Source of the DNA: a virus | Lineage: Duplodnaviria; Caudoviricetes | Reading direction: 5' to 3' (one strand) | Length of the DNA stretch: 58,515 nt | IMG/VR virus record: IMGVR_UViG_3300022208_000278 | Location: 1-58,515 of that record | Part shown: in pieces, positions 55,499 through 58,515 of the stretch | Layout: every line of letters starts with the position of its first letter | Numbering within the stretch: the first letter of the stretch is position 1 | Notes under the pieces: model-generated | What the model was told of the DNA's origin: nothing | The model's database searches: none | What the model saw: the letters and a program-made list of their open reading frames with translations, nothing else | Translations under genes and position numbers: made by a program

Positions 55499-55592
55499 AG
55501 GGGCATAACGTAAAGGTAAGGGGCTGACGCGCTTTTGCGGCGGTCCCGCTTCACCGCCGGGTTGGGCGGCTTTTTACTACGGAGCAAAAAAC

Positions 55593-55856
55593 ATGGCAAA
55601 GAAATATCCTGCAATAGGTTGTAAAAAAGCGCCACGGAATGCTGGTGGATTGCCATGCATTATTTGCGGAGTGCCGACAACTGGAAAAGTTGACATAGAA
55701 GTAAGCTGGTTTCGTGGCGACGACAAACAGGTGCGTGTCTGCAAAACACACCAGACGAAACACGATACCGAAATACTGGCGGCATACGAGGCGGCTAACG
55801 CTGACATGAGGGGCTGCGCCACCGCCGAGCCGAACAACGAAGCGAGGAAGATATGA
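55593..55856 (+). CDS. cassette Zn-binding protein (CIICG...SWFRGDD...VCKTH)
   Basis: acGGAG RBS; tail read into attC. Confidence 0.7.
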   Translation: MAKKYPAIGCKKAPRNAGGLPCIICGVPTTGKVDIEVSWFRGDDKQVRVCKTHQTKHDTEILAAYEAANADMRGCATAEPNNEARKI

Positions 55857-56152
55857 CAACACAACAAACAAACAACGAAGCTCTGGCGCAGTCCCGCGCC
55901 AAAGGCGCAAACTCGATGGATGGGTTAGGGGCGGCAATGGAATGCAGGTCAATAGAAACGGCCCCGAGAGTCGGGACGCCTATCATCCTTCTCTACTTCG
56001 ATGGCGGGAGAGTATGTTGGGTTCGGGACGGGAAATTCGTTCCGCCTATCGGGTGGTATTCGATCAACGGCACTGGCGGGCTACATCCTACCCATTGGAT
56101 GCCGATGCCAGAAGCCCCTAACGACCATGCTCAGCCGACCGTAACCGCCTGA
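55853..56152 (+). CDS. cassette DUF551-like protein with attC-encoded leader
   Basis: SIETAP...PTHWMPMPEAP motif. Confidence 0.75.
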   Translation: MTTQQTNNEALAQSRAKGANSMDGLGAAMECRSIETAPRVGTPIILLYFDGGRVCWVRDGKFVPPIGWYSINGTGGLHPTHWMPMPEAPNDHAQPTVTA

Positions 56153-56214
56153 GAAGAACTTTAAATTTACCACAAAAGCCGGATGCGGTTACGGGTCGGC
56201 TGGAGCTATTTGTT

Positions 56215-56424
56215 ATGAGCGACACAGCAAAAACAGATAAAGAGGCTATGTGGGCCGAAAGCGGTACTGGCGAAGAATTCCAGTGCATCAGCATTGACGA
56301 AGCGAGGGAGATGGAAATAGTCTTACGCGAAGCCAGACAGATACTTGATGACTGGTGCGATGAATGCGGACATGTGGAATTGGAGATAATGCGAGACAAG
56401 ATTGATAAATATCTTGACTCATAA
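56215..56424 (+). CDS. cassette acidic protein
   Basis: ATG within R box GTTATGA, GGAG from attC L box; TAA in R box. Confidence 0.7.
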   Translation: MSDTAKTDKEAMWAESGTGEEFQCISIDEAREMEIVLREARQILDDWCDECGHVELEIMRDKIDKYLDS

Positions 56425-56440
56425 CATGATATAGGCACAC
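56419..56440 (-). other. attI-like recombination site F (core only)
   Basis: AACATGATATAGGCAC identical to core of site C. Confidence 0.65.
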
Positions 56441-56461
56441 AAGTTTAAATCAAACTTTCAA

Positions 56462-56490
56462 TTGACATTAACACAAACACCGCTTAAAAT
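56462..56490 (+). promoter_or_regulatory. sigma70 promoter for recombination genes
   Basis: TTGACA-17nt-TAAAAT. Confidence 0.6.
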
Positions 56491-56521
56491 AACGGCTGGC
56501 AAAATCTTAAAGGTATAGAAA

Positions 56522-56716
56522 TTGAAACTTAACCCAGAATGGAGAGTAACGATTGAGCATGTTCCGACTGGCCTAATACTTCGGCTTGCGCTCATTAAGC
56601 AGATATGGGAAGGTCGTTACTGGCTTAGATTTAATGGGAGGGCATCAGAAGAAATGCCTGAATGTACCAAAACAAAGTTCTTGAAGAAGATTGGCGAAAT
56701 CTTGCAATCACGATAA
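56522..56716 (+). CDS. hypothetical protein
   Basis: 64-aa ORF after promoter (weak start). Confidence 0.45.
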   Translation: MKLNPEWRVTIEHVPTGLILRLALIKQIWEGRYWLRFNGRASEEMPECTKTKFLKKIGEILQSR

Positions 56717-56725
56717 GGAGCGGAC

Positions 56726-56914
56726 ATGAATCAAAACGCAACAGGCAAAGGTGAATCGCACGGCAAAATAGATACTTATATTGCTATGGATGAACTTGAA
56801 CGCGAACGCAAGATTGAATATTTAGAATGGCGTCGCCGCGACATGGCAGAGGAACGCGAAGAGTGCATGACCGACACAGACCGATTTGAACGTGACCAAG
56901 GAGCCAGAGAATGA
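56726..56914 (+). CDS. hypothetical protein
   Basis: TAAGGAG RBS. Confidence 0.6.
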   Translation: MNQNATGKGESHGKIDTYIAMDELERERKIEYLEWRRRDMAEEREECMTDTDRFERDQGARE

Positions 56915-57426
56915 CTGAGAAAACACACTATCGCAAGGCGTTTAATTCTCCATACCTATCAAGCGCAGATATTGTCGAGCCAACGGTATTAACAATTAGC
57001 CGTGTTGTTCTTGCGCCAGATATGACAAAAAAAACAAAGGATCAATTTAATACCGCGCACTTTGTCGAAAAAGAAATACGGCAAGGCGAAGCATTAAAAC
57101 CGATGATTTTGAACGCAACAAACAGTAAGACAATGAAAGCCCTCACTGGATCGCCATATATTGACGATTGGCTGAATGTACGGGTTACGGTGTACGTTGA
57201 CCATAACGTAAGATTTGCGCGTGATACTGTCGAGGGGCTGCGGATTAGCACAGAGTTGCCAACTCAGAAAACACTGATGCCAGAGAATACAGTTGGATGG
57301 GAACACGCGAAGACCGCATATCTGCGTGATGGAAACTTGAAAAAAGTGCTGGCGAAGGTTTATATGTCAGACGAGCATCAGCAGCAACTTATTGAAGAAT
57401 GCGGCCAGAAGGTTGTTGCGGAATGA
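56911..57426 (+). CDS. recombination-module protein (putative ssDNA-annealing/binding partner of exonuclease)
   Basis: KTHYRKAFNSPYL...KPMILNATN motif, coupled to exonuclease. Confidence 0.6.
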   Translation: MTEKTHYRKAFNSPYLSSADIVEPTVLTISRVVLAPDMTKKTKDQFNTAHFVEKEIRQGEALKPMILNATNSKTMKALTGSPYIDDWLNVRVTVYVDHNVRFARDTVEGLRISTELPTQKTLMPENTVGWEHAKTAYLRDGNLKKVLAKVYMSDEHQQQLIEECGQKVVAE

Positions 57427-58043
57427 AGTTCATTGACATAGAACAAAATACGGATGAATGGATGGCTTTGCGTGTTGGGAAAGCTACCGCATCTCAATTT
57501 GCATGTTTCATGGCTAATTACGGAAAGCCGTTTGGTGATCCTGCAAAACGCTATGCCCTGCAAATCGCCCTTGAACGCATCAATGGCGTGAAGGATGAAC
57601 ATGGGTTCAGTAATGAGCATATGGAGCGCGGTAAAGAGCAGGAGCCTGTCGCCAAGATGCTTTATGAAGATACTTACTTCGTTGAGGCGTTAAATGGCGG
57701 ATTCTTTGATTGCGGAGATTATGGTGATTCTCCCGATGGGTTGATAGAAAGTGATGGTGTAATTGAGATAAAATCAGTTATTGCGCCAACACATTACGCA
57801 ACAATCGAAAGGGGTTCATTTGATCCCGCGTACAAGTGGCAGCTAATTGGGCATCTTGATTGCACGGGCAGGGATTGGGTAGACTTTATAAGTTATTGCG
57901 CTGGATTCCCTGAGCATAATAGGCTGATTACTTACAGGTTACATCGGTATGATTATGTTGACGAGTTGAAAATGCTGCACGAAAGGCGCACCGAATTTTT
58001 AAGCCTTGTAGAATCAATACAAAATAAACTTAAAAATCTCTAA
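57423..58043 (+). CDS. YqaJ/lambda-exonuclease family protein
   Basis: EQNTDEWMALRVGKATAS; SPDGL; IEIK; YKWQ motifs. Confidence 0.9.
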   Translation: MKFIDIEQNTDEWMALRVGKATASQFACFMANYGKPFGDPAKRYALQIALERINGVKDEHGFSNEHMERGKEQEPVAKMLYEDTYFVEALNGGFFDCGDYGDSPDGLIESDGVIEIKSVIAPTHYATIERGSFDPAYKWQLIGHLDCTGRDWVDFISYCAGFPEHNRLITYRLHRYDYVDELKMLHERRTEFLSLVESIQNKLKNL

Positions 58044-58056
58044 AGGAGAATAAGTA

Positions 58057-58515
58057 ATGAGTGTTAATCGTGTAATCCTGATAGGCCGCCTCGGTAAAGA
58101 CCCGGAGACCCGTTACATGACCAGCGGTGAAGCGGTGACAAATGCAACGCTTGCCACTTCCGAAAACTGGAAGGACAAGAGCGGCGAAAAGCAGGAAAAA
58201 ACCGAATGGCATAATCTGGTGTTCTATCGCCGTCTGGCCGAGATTGCCGGCGAGTACCTGAAAAAAGGTTCGCAGATATATGTCGAAGGCAAGCTGCAAA
58301 CCCGCAAGTGGGAGAAAGACGGCGCTACCCGTTACACCACTGAAGTCATCGTCAACGAAATGACCATGCTGGGCGGGAAATCCAGCGGTGGCAGTTTTGA
58401 AGTGGTGGAGAACAAGCCCGCTTCTTCCTCGTCCGGTGGCGGCGCATCAGCCAAGGCAGCACCGGCAGCGGCAAAGAGCAGCTTCGATAACTTTGATGAC
58501 GATATTCCGTTTTAG
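58057..58515 (+). CDS. ssb: single-stranded DNA-binding protein
   Basis: [15 protein letters not shown]; TEWH; DDDIPF C-terminus. Confidence 0.97.
   Translation: MSVNRVILIGRLGKDPETRYMTSGEAVTNATLATSENWKDKSGEKQEKTEWHNLVFYRRLAEIAGEYLKKGSQIYVEGKLQTRKWEKDGATRYTTEVIVNEMTMLGGKSSGGSFEVVENKPASSSSGGGASAKAAPAAAKSSFDNFDDDIPF

Larger units (their letters stand above)
53810..56440 (-). mobile_element. Integron-like cassette array F (9 cassettes, ORFs on +)
   Basis: Partial site ~53810-53850; attC-like 54062-54140, 54654-54745, 54988-55052, 55215-55273, 55503-55567, 55793-55930, 56116-56218; remnant ~54372-54388; attI-like 56419-56440. Confidence 0.9.

Noticed and set aside
1-58515. Phage-encoded integron integrase or other site-specific recombinase
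   Set aside because: No ORF shows the R...HxxR...H/W...Y tyrosine-recombinase or serine-recombinase motifs. One could lie outside the window or be too divergent to see by eye.

Overview
This looks like a near-complete ~58.5-kb tailed-phage genome with a podovirus-type gene set: terminase, portal, scaffold, capsid, adaptor, tail hub, ejection proteins including a 3221-aa polyvalent protein, tail fibres, and M15 endolysin/holin/spanins. It has lambdoid early genes (DUF1376 initiator, DnaB, DNA MTase, NinG, NinB, YqaJ exonuclease, SSB, Q-like antiterminator) and a tRNA-Ser. The SSB suggests a betaproteobacterial host (inference). Transcription diverges at ~53.4 kb. The standout is that almost all small accessory genes sit in SIX separate integron-like cassette arrays: A 214-3394, B 4114-6206, C 40125-44424, D 46685-47315, E 51024-52363, F 53810-56440. 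By manual count they hold ~46 cassettes and 42 intact attC-like hairpins. Each array ends in a conserved attI-like site (GYCTAT-N5-G|TT). Unlike canonical integrons, every cassette ORF is antisense to its attC and points toward the attI-like site. Many attC loops supply the RBS, start codon and N-terminal leader, and one supplies a whole lipoprotein signal peptide. No integron integrase or other tyrosine recombinase is recognisable in the window. All calls come from manual reading; no searches were run.
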